Shown piece by piece: positions 26,569-36,660 of a stretch of DNA of 64,000 bases (its first letter is position 1; every line of letters starts with the position of its first letter). The stretch is from an uncultured Clostridia bacterium. GTDB taxonomy: Bacteria > Bacillota > Clostridia > TANB77 > CAG-508. Both the position numbers and the translations under genes were made by a program. The notes below the pieces were generated by a model that was not told the DNA's origin, ran no database searches, and worked only from the letters and a program-made list of their open reading frames with translations. Location: assembly GCA_934180065.1 (NCBI GenBank), contig CAKPRA010000008.1, positions 344-64,343 on the forward strand, in the 5' to 3' direction.

Positions 26569-29500
26569 GTGGCAAACAATGAATTAAAAAGAGTTGGCTT
26601 AGTGTTTACGCAGGAAGGTGCAGTTGATTTTAAAAAGAGCTTACAAGAAATAAATTTAGAGATGAACAAAAATTACAATCAGTTCAAATTAACGCAGGCA
26701 CAATGGGACAAATCAACAACAAGTGCAGAAAAATTGAAGGCACAGCAAGAGTATTTAACAAATGCATATGCTATACAAGAGGATAAAGTAAAAACCTTGA
26801 AAATGCAATTATCTGAGCTTGAAAATTCTGAAAATAAAAACACCACAGCAATAAAAAAGAAAAGAAATGAGTTAACAAGTGCTCAAATAAAGTTAGAAGA
26901 TTATAAAAACAAATTAAAGGATGTTGAAAATCAACTTACTAGTAATGGAAAAAAGTTAGAAGAGTGGGGAGATAAAGTTCAAAAGTCTGGAGATAAAATA
27001 GAAAAAGCAGGTAGTAAACTATCTGCTTTTTCTGCAGCTACAGTAGCAGCTCTAGTTGGTGCATCTAAAAGTGCAATTGACTTTGAAACAGCATTTACAG
27101 GAGTGGAAAAGACTGTTGATGCAACACCAGAACAACTTGAAAATATAAAACAGGGTATCCGAGATATGGCGAAAGAAATTCCAGCAAGTACAACGGAAAT
27201 TGCAGGAGTAGCGGAAGCCGCAGGACAATTAGGAATAAAAACAGAGAACATTTTAAGTTTCTCTAAAGCCATGATTGATTTAGGTAATTCAACCAATTTA
27301 ACTGCGGATGAAGCAGCATCACAATTGGCAAAATTTGCTAATATAATGAATATGTCACAATCTGATTTTGATAAATTGGGCTCTAGTATTGTTGATTTAG
27401 GAAACCATTTTGCGACTACAGAAGCAGATATAGTAGAAATGGCGATGCGTCTTGCTGGTGCAGGAAAACAAGTTGGTCTGAGTGAAGGTCAAGTGCTAGG
27501 TTTAGCAACAGCTTTGAGCTCTGTTGGTATTGAAGCTGAAATGGGTGGCTCTGCAATAAGCAAAGCCATGGTTAAAATGCAAAATGCTGTCGATTTAGGT
27601 GGCGGAAAAATGGAAACTGTACTAAAAAAAGCAGGAATGTCTTTACACGAAATGGAATTAATGGCTGCAAATGACTCAATGGGATTTAAGGAATTGGCAG
27701 GCAGCTTAGACATGACAAGTACAGAGTTAAAAAATATGATAACAGCAGGTACTAACTTAGAAGATTTTGCCAAAGTTTCGGGAATGACAGTAGAACAGTT
27801 TAAAAAGGCTTGGAAAGAAGATGCAGCTGGGGCATTAAGTGCTTTTATACAAGGTTTAGGGCACGCAGAAGATAAAGGTGAAAGTGCTATAACAATGCTT
27901 TCCGAAATGGGATTAACAGAAGTAAGATTAAGAGATTCTTTGTTAAGAGCTGCGAATGCTGGAGAGTTATTTACCGATGCATTAAAAACAGGAACTACTG
28001 CTTGGGAAGATAACACAGCACTAACAAATGAAGCAAATAAAAGATATGCTACGTTACAAAGTAAAATACAAATAGCAACGAACAAATTGAAAGATTTAGC
28101 AATAACATTTGGTAATAAATTAACACCTAGTATAGATAAAGGAATTGGAAAAATAGAAGCAATTACAAAAAAAGTTGAAAATCTAAATGATAGCCAGGTT
28201 GAGTGGATATTAAAAACGGCAGCAGTTGTTGTTGCAATAGGACCACTTGTAAAAATACTAGGAACTGTGACATCAACAACAGGAAAGGTTGTAAAAGGAT
28301 TTGGAACATTTATACAAGCGGTTGGAGTAATGAAAGGAAAAGTTACAGCCACTTCTGAGTCAGTAAATGGATTAGCTGGTTTCCTAACAAAATTAACGAG
28401 TCCAGCAGGTATAGCAACAGCTGCAATATTAGCAACTGCAGGTGCTTTGGTATATTTTGCTACAAAAAAATCAGAAGCAACGAAAGCGGCAGAAGAATTT
28501 GCTAATAAAGCATCAGATTTCAAAAAGCAATTAGATGAATACAACAACAGCGTTGATGAAGCAGCGGGGGCTGAATTAGCACATATAGAGGCTGTGGAGA
28601 GATTAAAAAATGAATTATCTACATTAGTTGATGAAAATGGTAAAGTAAAAGAAGGTGAAAAAAGTAGAGTTCAATTTATTCTAAATGAATTAAATAGTGC
28701 ATTAGGTACAGAATACAGTTTAAATGGTGATATTATACAAAATTATAAAGACTTACAGAAAGAAATAGATGGAACAATAGAAAAGAAGAGAGCAAAAATA
28801 AAACTAGATGCAGAAGAAAGTAAATATAAAAATGCAATAGAAAAGCAAACTGAAGCAGTAGAGGGAATGAAAAAGGCACAACAAGATTTAGGTATGTCAT
28901 ATGAAGATGCCAAGAAGAAATTAGAAGATTACAACAAAAAAAGTGAAGACATGTTATATATGAGAGGAGAGTTTGCTAATTTATCAAAAATGGAATTTGA
29001 TAGAAAACAAGCAGAAATGTTACAAAAGGCAGGTGAAATTGATCAACTTAAGAAAAATATTGAAGCATATGAAAATTATAAAGGAACAGTACAAATGTGT
29101 ACAAATGATATAAAAAGATATGAGGATGATTATGCTAAGTATACAGAAGGAAAATATGAAGAAATAGGTAATACAATAATTACAGCTGCCAAAGAGTGGA
29201 AAAATGCATCAGTAGAAGAAATAAAAAATGGAATTAATGAACAGGAGAATGCATTAAAGCAATATAAAGAAATTTATGATAGAACAGGAAGTAAAATTGC
29301 AAATGCAAACGCAGAACAAGCAAAGAAAAATCTTGAGGATCTTGCTAATAACTTACAAATAAGAACTGAAAGACTTGGAGAGCTGGGGCAAACTGAAATT
29401 GAAGCCTGGAAAAATTTAGCTACACAAAGTTACAATATATATCAGGAACAATTATCAAAAATGACTCCAGAAATGCAAAAAAAGATTTCTGATGTAACAG

Positions 29501-30258
29501 GAGTAATATACCAAAAAACTCCAGATGTTTCTGCTGCCACTGAAATAATGTCCAAAGAAATATTATCAAGGTTAGATAATGATAAAGCATTTAAAGATGA
29601 AGCATTAAAAAGTATGTATAGCTACTTGAACGGTTTAAGTAATAGTGATTTAAGGAGTTTATTAACTGCAGCAGGTATACAAAATGTTGATAAAGTAATG
29701 GAAGGAATAAGAGCTGGAAATCTAGCAGAGGATGAAGGAAAGAAAATTTTAACGAGTTTAAATAATGGATTAAATAGTGGTGCTTTTAAAGGAACATTGT
29801 TTAATACAGCTAGAGATATAGCAAGTGGTATTGCAAATCGATTGTCTGTAAAATTTAATGTAAGTGGATTAAATAATGTATTTAAGACAATTACAGGATT
29901 TTTACCAGGACATAAACTAGGTCTGGACTATGTCCCAAAAGATAACTATGTAGCACGACTACATAAAGGAGAAAGGGTCTTAACTGCGGAAGAAAATAAA
30001 GAATATACAGAAGCAGAAGAAGAAAGTAGAAAGAGAAATAGTACAAGTGTAGTACATACAACAAATGTAGTTGCGAACAATGAAATAGTTGAAAGAATAT
30101 TAGAAACAAATTCAAAAATGGTTACGTTATTGCAGAGAATATTAGAAACCAATAATAAAAGCATTGTACTTGATACTGGAGAGCTAGTAGGAGCAACAGC
30201 AGATAAATATAATATAGAGCTAGAGCGAATAAGAAGAAAAGATGAAAGGGGTAGTTAA
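26569..30258 (+). CDS. Tail tape measure protein
   Basis: 1229 aa. TP901-type core (TTEIAGVAEAAGQLGI...), TM segments, long coiled coils. Confidence 0.9.
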   Translation: MANNELKRVGLVFTQEGAVDFKKSLQEINLEMNKNYNQFKLTQAQWDKSTTSAEKLKAQQEYLTNAYAIQEDKVKTLKMQLSELENSENKNTTAIKKKRNELTSAQIKLEDYKNKLKDVENQLTSNGKKLEEWGDKVQKSGDKIEKAGSKLSAFSAATVAALVGASKSAIDFETAFTGVEKTVDATPEQLENIKQGIRDMAKEIPASTTEIAGVAEAAGQLGIKTENILSFSKAMIDLGNSTNLTADEAASQLAKFANIMNMSQSDFDKLGSSIVDLGNHFATTEADIVEMAMRLAGAGKQVGLSEGQVLGLATALSSVGIEAEMGGSAISKAMVKMQNAVDLGGGKMETVLKKAGMSLHEMELMAANDSMGFKELAGSLDMTSTELKNMITAGTNLEDFAKVSGMTVEQFKKAWKEDAAGALSAFIQGLGHAEDKGESAITMLSEMGLTEVRLRDSLLRAANAGELFTDALKTGTTAWEDNTALTNEANKRYATLQSKIQIATNKLKDLAITFGNKLTPSIDKGIGKIEAITKKVENLNDSQVEWILKTAAVVVAIGPLVKILGTVTSTTGKVVKGFGTFIQAVGVMKGKVTATSESVNGLAGFLTKLTSPAGIATAAILATAGALVYFATKKSEATKAAEEFANKASDFKKQLDEYNNSVDEAAGAELAHIEAVERLKNELSTLVDENGKVKEGEKSRVQFILNELNSALGTEYSLNGDIIQNYKDLQKEIDGTIEKKRAKIKLDAEESKYKNAIEKQTEAVEGMKKAQQDLGMSYEDAKKKLEDYNKKSEDMLYMRGEFANLSKMEFDRKQAEMLQKAGEIDQLKKNIEAYENYKGTVQMCTNDIKRYEDDYAKYTEGKYEEIGNTIITAAKEWKNASVEEIKNGINEQENALKQYKEIYDRTGSKIANANAEQAKKNLEDLANNLQIRTERLGELGQTEIEAWKNLATQSYNIYQEQLSKMTPEMQKKISDVTGVIYQKTPDVSAATEIMSKEILSRLDNDKAFKDEALKSMYSYLNGLSNSDLRSLLTAAGIQNVDKVMEGIRAGNLAEDEGKKILTSLNNGLNSGAFKGTLFNTARDIASGIANRLSVKFNVSGLNNVFKTITGFLPGHKLGLDYVPKDNYVARLHKGERVLTAEENKEYTEAEEESRKRNSTSVVHTTNVVANNEIVERILETNSKMVTLLQRILETNNKSIVLDTGELVGATADKYNIELERIRRKDERGS

Positions 30259-30975
30259 ATGGAAGAATATATTGAATTTTTTGATATTAATAATAACCTA
30301 ATATTAAATACATTTAAAGACTTTGGTTTGTTAATACAAAGTATAACTATCCCAGAAGCGGAAATAAAAGAAGAAATAGAAGAAATACCAGGTTCAAGTG
30401 ACTTTTTAGATTATACAGAAGCTATAAACAATGATGTTAATTATAATAGAAGAACAATACCAATAGAGCTATCTGGATTTAAACATAGAAATGAGTTTTT
30501 AACAGTTTATAGTGAATTTTTAAATAGATTACACGGTAAAAAAGTTAAAATGATTTTAAGTGAAGAGCCAAACTTTTATTGGATAGGTAGAGTTTCTGTT
30601 GGAGATATTAATGCATACAACATAACGAGATCATTAACACTAAATGTAGTTTGCTACCCATATAAATATGAAATAAATAGTTCTGCAGATGACTGGTTAT
30701 GGGATCCATTCAATTTTGAAAATGGAATTATAAATGAATGTAAAGATTTAGAAATTAATGGAACTTTAGATATAACAATATATGGAAGAAGAAAACATGT
30801 AATTCCAACGTTTGATATAGCAGGAAATGTAACAGTAACATTCAACGATGCAAAATATGAACTAACAGAAGGAACAAATGAAGTACTAGACATTGAAATA
30901 TTGCCAGGTGAAAATAAATTAAAATTTGAAGGAACTGGAACTGTTACAGTTGATTATAGAGGAGGTAGCTTATAA
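30259..30975 (+). CDS. Distal tail protein (Dit)
   Basis: Size and position directly after the tape measure gene. Confidence 0.65.
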   Translation: MEEYIEFFDINNNLILNTFKDFGLLIQSITIPEAEIKEEIEEIPGSSDFLDYTEAINNDVNYNRRTIPIELSGFKHRNEFLTVYSEFLNRLHGKKVKMILSEEPNFYWIGRVSVGDINAYNITRSLTLNVVCYPYKYEINSSADDWLWDPFNFENGIINECKDLEINGTLDITIYGRRKHVIPTFDIAGNVTVTFNDAKYELTEGTNEVLDIEILPGENKLKFEGTGTVTVDYRGGSL

Positions 30976-32525
30976 TGTATCAGATAACGTGTGATAATCA
31001 AATTCTATATGATATACGCTCTAGGGACAGAATTGTAACATCTCCTAAATTAATACTAGAAACTGGAAAAAATGGCAGTTTAAGCTTTAGAATACCACGA
31101 ACAAATCCAATGAGAGATAAAATAAATCTAAAGAAAAGCATTTTTAAAGTTTTTCAAATTGATGTTGTAAACAATAAAAAAATATATAATCAATTGTTCA
31201 GAGGAAGTGCATATTCCACGGAAGAAGATTTGTATTTACGAGGAACTGTTGATGTTGAGGGAGAACTTGCATTTTTTAATGATAGTATTGTTAGACCATA
31301 TAACTGGACTGGTGATGTAGAGCCATATTTCCAAAAACTTATAAATGAGCATAATACAAGGGTAGATGATACACGAAAATTTATTGCAAGAAAATGCACG
31401 GTTAAAGATTCAAACAATAATATTACTAGAGCAAACGAGAACTATCCAACCACAAAAGAAGAAATGAACAATAAATTAATTGACTTACTAGGAGGACACT
31501 TTGAAACTGAAGAAATCGATGAAGTTATAGATGGAAAAAGGGTTGAAAAAATATACATAGATTATTTAGCAAACTATGATAAATACAATAAACAATCAAT
31601 TGTTTTTCAAAAAAACTTGATAGATTTTACAAAATGTATAACAGCACAAGATGTAAAAACAGTAATAATACCATTGGGAAAAAAGCTAGAAAATGGCGAT
31701 TATACAACCATAAAAAGTGTAAATAATAACAAGGATTATGTAGAAGATCAATCTGCAATATCCATTTTTGGAAGAATAGAAGGAACAGTAACACACGAAA
31801 ATGTTACTGTTCCTTCTACATTACTAAAAAGAGGAATAGCAGATTTAGCAAATAGCATAAATACAGAAACAACAATAGAAGTAACCGCAGCAGACCTGCA
31901 CGAATTAAATGTTAACATAGAAGCACTAAGAGTAGGCAGAATGACAAGGGTTATATCTAAACCACATAAATGGGATAAATATATGCTATTGTCTAAACTA
32001 GAGCTAAATCTAGATGATATAAAATCCAGCAAGATAACACTGGGAGCAACATTAAAAACATATACAGAAAATCAAGTAGAAAAGCTAAAAAAGGTAAATA
32101 CAATAACAACAGATATAAAAGGAATAAACAATACAGTTGAATCCGTAAACAATGAATTAAAGACAATAAATACAGTTATAACAGAGATACCAACAGAATA
32201 TGTAAAAACAGAAATTTTCAATGATTTTAAAACAGAAATAAATAACAAAGTTGGAAGAGTATATAGAATTAAAGGAAGTGTAGCAAGCTATAACGTATTA
32301 ATCAAGTTAACAAATGTTGAAATTGGAGATGTATACAATTGTAAGGATACAGGAGCAAATTATGTATTCACGGAAGAAGGTTGGGATAAATTTTCTGAGA
32401 ATTATGATTTTAGTATTTATATTACTAATGCGACAGCAAATAAAACATTTGCAACAATTGAAAATTTTAATAAATTAATTGAAAGAGTTGATGCTTTAGA
32501 AAAAAATGAAGGAGGTACGAATTAA
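30975..32525 (+). CDS. Tail-associated protein (Tal, prophage tail endopeptidase-family N-terminus)
   Basis: Position after Dit, 516 aa, coiled-coil C-terminus. Confidence 0.6.
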   Translation: MYQITCDNQILYDIRSRDRIVTSPKLILETGKNGSLSFRIPRTNPMRDKINLKKSIFKVFQIDVVNNKKIYNQLFRGSAYSTEEDLYLRGTVDVEGELAFFNDSIVRPYNWTGDVEPYFQKLINEHNTRVDDTRKFIARKCTVKDSNNNITRANENYPTTKEEMNNKLIDLLGGHFETEEIDEVIDGKRVEKIYIDYLANYDKYNKQSIVFQKNLIDFTKCITAQDVKTVIIPLGKKLENGDYTTIKSVNNNKDYVEDQSAISIFGRIEGTVTHENVTVPSTLLKRGIADLANSINTETTIEVTAADLHELNVNIEALRVGRMTRVISKPHKWDKYMLLSKLELNLDDIKSSKITLGATLKTYTENQVEKLKKVNTITTDIKGINNTVESVNNELKTINTVITEIPTEYVKTEIFNDFKTEINNKVGRVYRIKGSVASYNVLIKLTNVEIGDVYNCKDTGANYVFTEEGWDKFSENYDFSIYITNATANKTFATIENFNKLIERVDALEKNEGGTN

Positions 32526-34672
32526 TGGGTACTATTAAAAATTTTATAGAAAAAATAAAAAGTGCAAGATATGGCAAAGATGTAAGACAAAGCATAATAG
32601 ATGCAATAGAGCAAACATATGACGATGCAATAGCAAACGGTCATACGGATATGGAAGTTGCAAAGGCAAGAGATACATATAATGATTTAAATAGTAGGCT
32701 AGAAGCGGATAAAAACAAAATGAAAGAAAAAATAGAAAATGAGGAAGCAGATAGAAAAGAAGCATTAGAAGATATACAAAAACAAGTAAGCGGATTAGCA
32801 AGAGAAGGACATTTGGTAGCAAGTAATGTAAGTGAAATGACAGATACGAATAGAACATATGTAAATACCAGTGATGGTAATTGGTATTATTATAATGGAA
32901 ACAACTGGACTGTTGGTGGAGTTTATCAGGCATCAGAAATTGAAGATAAATCCATAACTGCGAAAAAAACCGATTTCGCTTTAGATGATTCGGTAGAAAA
33001 AACAATAAATTTATTTGACAAAACAACGGAAGTCTTGTCAATAACAGGAGTAACTGATGTAGCACAGGCAAGTTATAAACAATTTGTAAATTCTAATTTA
33101 CTAAAAAGTGTCATTATACCAATTAAACCAAATAAAACTATAACTATTGAAAAAGATAACTCTTCAAGATTTAGAATCTTTACATCTACAGAAAGTCCGA
33201 AAGTAGGTGAAACATTTAATCAATACTTTGTAAATGATGGAAATAATCAATGTGTTTTTGAGAGTGGAGAAAATGACAATTATATTTTAATAAGCTTTTA
33301 TAATATATCGTATGATAGCGATATAGATATAGATGAATTGAAAAACAGTATAAAAGTTTTTTTTGGTGTAGAATGGATTGATAATGATAAAAAAGCTACA
33401 AGAATAGAAATACCTTTACTGAAATTGCAAAACAATAGCGTAGAGCCTGAAAATACTACTTTTATTGAAAAATCAGGAACGGAAAATTTATATGATGTAA
33501 ATACACCTATTTTATCATTAGTTGCAGTTACTGATATAGCATTAGATACATATGGAACATTTGCAAATTCAAGTAAAACAAAGGGAATTGTATTAAGTGT
33601 AAAACCTAATACGCAATATACAATTGAAAAAATTCTATCTGAAAGATTTACAATTTCTACATCGAATAAGTATCCCGCTAAAGATGTTAATTACAATAAA
33701 TTTTATAACTGTAATGGTACAACGAAGAAAACAATTACAACAGAAGAAAATGATAATTATATTTATGTTGTAATTTATAATAGTGATATTGATACTATAG
33801 ACATAAATAGTATAATATCTTCGATTAAGTTCTATGTAGGAAATCAATTTGTAAAGAGTTCATATAAAATGAAAAATGTGTCAGTTGATGCTGAAAATAT
33901 AGACTGCATTGAAGAAAGAGAGAATTCTCTCTTTATGCCAAGTTTAAAAATCATTTTTAATAATCTTTCAAATGAAATTATAAATTTATTATCCTATCGT
34001 CCATTGGGAACATTAGATAAAGGTTACCTATGTTTAGTTGCAGATGATGGAAACATGTCATTAGCTACAAATACATTTAATATATTGAAATCTAAAAATG
34101 TACCTTGCACTTTTGCTCTGATGAGTAATTCGCCAATAATGAACGAAATAACAGGAGATATTAAAGGTTTAAAAGAAATGATAAATGATTATGGTTGTTC
34201 TGTATGTCAACACGGATCTAGTTCATTTTTTAATTATACAGAAGAAGAATTATTACAGTATTTTAGAGAGGAGAAGAAGTTTTGGGAAAGCAAAGAAATA
34301 ACTGTTAATGGAATTTGCTACCCAAATCACGAACATAATAAGTTAATTCAATCAATATGTGGTTCTATATATGATGTTTGTGCTGGGGGATTTGGAAATA
34401 ATATAAAATCACCAGTATATAATTCATGCTTAAATGGTGCTCATTCTAATATTTTTGAATTAACACGTATAAGTTTAGTTTCTTTTGGAACTGCAAATTT
34501 GCAGAATGCTATAAATTCTGCAATAGAAAATAAACAACTACTTATTGTATTTTGGCATGATAAAAGCATACAAGAAAATACAAATTATCAGGCTGAATTA
34601 GAAGAGTTTATTGACTATGCTAAAGGTAGAGATATTGAATTTATAACATTGGATAAAATTAAAAATATATAA
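32525..34672 (+). CDS. Tail fibre/receptor-binding protein with duplicated central module and C-terminal polysaccharide-deacetylase-like (NodB/CE4-like) domain
   Basis: BppU-like N-terminus (KSARYGKDVRQSIIDAIEQ). Two ~135-aa homologous modules. C-terminus LVADDGN ... CQHGSS ... CYPNHEH ... LIVFWHD. Confidence 0.6.
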   Translation: MGTIKNFIEKIKSARYGKDVRQSIIDAIEQTYDDAIANGHTDMEVAKARDTYNDLNSRLEADKNKMKEKIENEEADRKEALEDIQKQVSGLAREGHLVASNVSEMTDTNRTYVNTSDGNWYYYNGNNWTVGGVYQASEIEDKSITAKKTDFALDDSVEKTINLFDKTTEVLSITGVTDVAQASYKQFVNSNLLKSVIIPIKPNKTITIEKDNSSRFRIFTSTESPKVGETFNQYFVNDGNNQCVFESGENDNYILISFYNISYDSDIDIDELKNSIKVFFGVEWIDNDKKATRIEIPLLKLQNNSVEPENTTFIEKSGTENLYDVNTPILSLVAVTDIALDTYGTFANSSKTKGIVLSVKPNTQYTIEKILSERFTISTSNKYPAKDVNYNKFYNCNGTTKKTITTEENDNYIYVVIYNSDIDTIDINSIISSIKFYVGNQFVKSSYKMKNVSVDAENIDCIEERENSLFMPSLKIIFNNLSNEIINLLSYRPLGTLDKGYLCLVADDGNMSLATNTFNILKSKNVPCTFALMSNSPIMNEITGDIKGLKEMINDYGCSVCQHGSSSFFNYTEEELLQYFREEKKFWESKEITVNGICYPNHEHNKLIQSICGSIYDVCAGGFGNNIKSPVYNSCLNGAHSNIFELTRISLVSFGTANLQNAINSAIENKQLLIVFWHDKSIQENTNYQAELEEFIDYAKGRDIEFITLDKIKNI

Positions 34673-34830
34673 TGTATAGACAATAAAGAGGAAAGACCAA
34701 CTATAAGAAGTCAATAGATTTTTGAAAAAATTAAAAATTTTTTTAGAAATAAAAAAAGATACAACAAATAAGCGATTTTTTAGATATAAAAATCACTGAA
34801 AATAAATGGAAATAATTTTATTTCAAGGAG

Positions 34831-36012
34831 CTATTGTTTAGGTACTTCATAAGGAGTGTTATTCTTTAATACAGCATAAATGATATTGCACATTTTTCTT
34901 GAAACAGCACCAATACAAGTTTTATGATGTTTACCTTCAGCACGTTTCTTTTGATAATATGCTTTTAAAACAGGGTCAGTGTTAGAGGCAACCAAAGCCG
35001 CTTGAAATAGTGCTTTTCTCAAATATGGTGAACCACGTTTAGACATTACATTATGAGTACCTTCAAATTCACCAGATTGTGAAACAGTTGCATCAATACC
35101 AGCAAAGGCAACTAATTTTGAAGGGTTGTCAAAACGTTTAATGTCGCCTAATTCACTGATAATTACAGCACCAAGAACTGGACCAATACCAGGAATAGAA
35201 GTAATAGGAGAATTGATTTTTTCCATTAATTCTTTGATTTTGGTTTCACATTCTTTGACTTGATTATCAATAAATTGAATTTGTTCAATTAATAATTTTA
35301 ATTGAAATTTAAAACTTTCTTTAGAGAAAGTAATGCCAAATGAATTTTTTGCAGAATTGATTAGTTTTTCAGCAGTACTTTGACCAACTTTCTTTCTGCT
35401 TAGAGCTTCAAGAGTTTCTGTTAAATCTTCAACAGAAAGTTCTTCAAAATCAGAAGGAGAAGAATAGTCTAAAAGTAGCTGTTTAGAGGTAGTTCCAAAA
35501 GTGTTAGAAAAGATAGTTTGATATTCAGGAAATACTTGATCAAGAACGCAAATAACTTTACGTTTTAGGTCACCAGCAGATTGAATAAGGTAGTTACGCA
35601 TACGACAAATATTTCTAAGAGAATATAAATCTTCATTAGAAAGAGTTGTTTTAACAAAATCACCATAACGAATTAAATCTGCAATTAAAACAGAATCAAT
35701 TGTATCATTTTTACGTTTACGAATTTCAGCGCCCTTACGCCATCCGTCAGTTTGAATAGGGTTAATTACATGAATGCAATGAAAATCATAATCATAAAGA
35801 AATGAGTAAATTGAAAGCCAATAATGACCAGTTGCTTCCATACCTACTGTAATATCAGAGAAATCAGAATATTTCTTGATTATTTCAAGAAGAGATTTAC
35901 CACCTTCGGTAGTGTTAGAAAAAGAGAAACCTTTAAAAATAGTTTTTCCTTTTTCATCCATTAAGGAAGCAACATGAGTATTTTTAGCAATATCAATACC
36001 TAAATAAAACAT
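34831..36012 (-). CDS. IS110-family transposase/recombinase
   Basis: MFYLGIDIAKNTHVA... (DEDD N-terminus) and C-terminal SIPGIGPVLGAVIISELGDIKRF (Transposase_20 HhH). ATG 36012 with gaggtg RBS. Confidence 0.85.
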   Translation of the reverse strand: MFYLGIDIAKNTHVASLMDEKGKTIFKGFSFSNTTEGGKSLLEIIKKYSDFSDITVGMEATGHYWLSIYSFLYDYDFHCIHVINPIQTDGWRKGAEIRKRKNDTIDSVLIADLIRYGDFVKTTLSNEDLYSLRNICRMRNYLIQSAGDLKRKVICVLDQVFPEYQTIFSNTFGTTSKQLLLDYSSPSDFEELSVEDLTETLEALSRKKVGQSTAEKLINSAKNSFGITFSKESFKFQLKLLIEQIQFIDNQVKECETKIKELMEKINSPITSIPGIGPVLGAVIISELGDIKRFDNPSKLVAFAGIDATVSQSGEFEGTHNVMSKRGSPYLRKALFQAALVASNTDPVLKAYYQKKRAEGKHHKTCIGAVSRKMCNIIYAVLKNNTPYEVPKQ

Positions 36013-36029
36013 AATAAAACACCTCAAAT

Positions 36030-36216
36030 ATAAAATTTTAGATAGTGTAAATCCTTTACTCTTATAAGCGATACAACCTTGTTATATATACGGAGAAAAT
36101 CCTAAAAAGGAAGTCAACATCCAACTCATTCATATACAGCCGATAAGAAAGAGGCGCTAGTCTTTCGGGCACGAAGATAAACTTCAAGGAATGAAGAGCG
36201 ACACTCTATCTAAGTT
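36030..36216 (-). ncRNA. Candidate IS110 bridge/seek-type guide RNA (5' leader of the recombinase gene)
   Basis: Downstream of a near-consensus minus-strand promoter. GC-richer with local hairpins (cttcg-tgcc-cgaag). Contains a 12-nt copy (36047-36058) of sequence at 36263-36274. Confidence 0.35.
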
Positions 36217-36222
36217 ACCATA

Positions 36223-36251
36223 ATTATACTAAGATATAATGATGGTGGCAA
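36223..36251 (-). promoter_or_regulatory. Minus-strand promoter TTGCCA-17 nt-TATAAT driving the IS leader and recombinase
   Basis: rc of tggcaa (36246-36251) and attata (36223-36228), with a 17-nt spacer. Confidence 0.55.
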
Positions 36252-36312
36252 TAGGTTTATAGGTAAATCCTTTATTAAAAACCTAAATATATTATACAAG
36301 GAATGAGAAATC

Positions 36313-36645
36313 ATGTCAGAAAATTACATTGAAATTTTTTCTGCAATAGAGAAATTCGGAGGGCTAGTAATATTAGCCTTCCTTTTTGTTTACGTTTTTT
36401 TTACAGATAGAAAGAAACAAGAGCAAAAAGATATTGAATTAAAAGAAGAAAAGAAAAATAATAATGCAGTATTATCAGAATTATCTGCATCAAACAGAAA
36501 TATAGCTGAAAGCTTAAATTTATTAAAGACAAGTATAGATAATAACACAACTGAGTTCAAACAGCATGATGAAAGGGCAATACAGCAGTTTAATGTTTTA
36601 AATGAAAAGTTAATAAAAATAAATGAAAAATTAACAAAAAAATAG
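36313..36645 (+). CDS. BhlA/UviB-family holin-like protein
   Basis: N-terminal single TM (FGGLVILAFLFVYVFF) then charged coiled coil. Directly upstream of the lysin. Confidence 0.6.
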   Translation: MSENYIEIFSAIEKFGGLVILAFLFVYVFFTDRKKQEQKDIELKEEKKNNNAVLSELSASNRNIAESLNLLKTSIDNNTTEFKQHDERAIQQFNVLNEKLIKINEKLTKK

Positions 36646-36660
36646 AAAGGTGGAATAAAG

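Larger units (their letters stand above)
34700..36260 (-). mobile_element. IS110-family insertion sequence (ends approximate)
   Basis: DEDD-type transposase gene plus ~200-250 nt of 5' non-coding region, wedged between the tail fibre and the holin. No terminal IRs seen, as expected for IS110. Confidence 0.7.

Noticed and set aside
27489-28547. 352-aa ORF on the minus strand
   Set aside because: It is entirely antisense to the tape measure gene. Its composition (A/S/V/F-rich, no RBS) is the mirror of the TMP codon usage, so it is a shadow ORF.
32544-33071. 175-aa minus-strand ORF, and similar antisense ORFs (45903-46349, 46612-46938, 50782-51069)
   Set aside because: All lie antisense within strongly supported genes (tail fibre, ileS, pyrG) and have low-complexity, hydrophobic mirror-codon composition.
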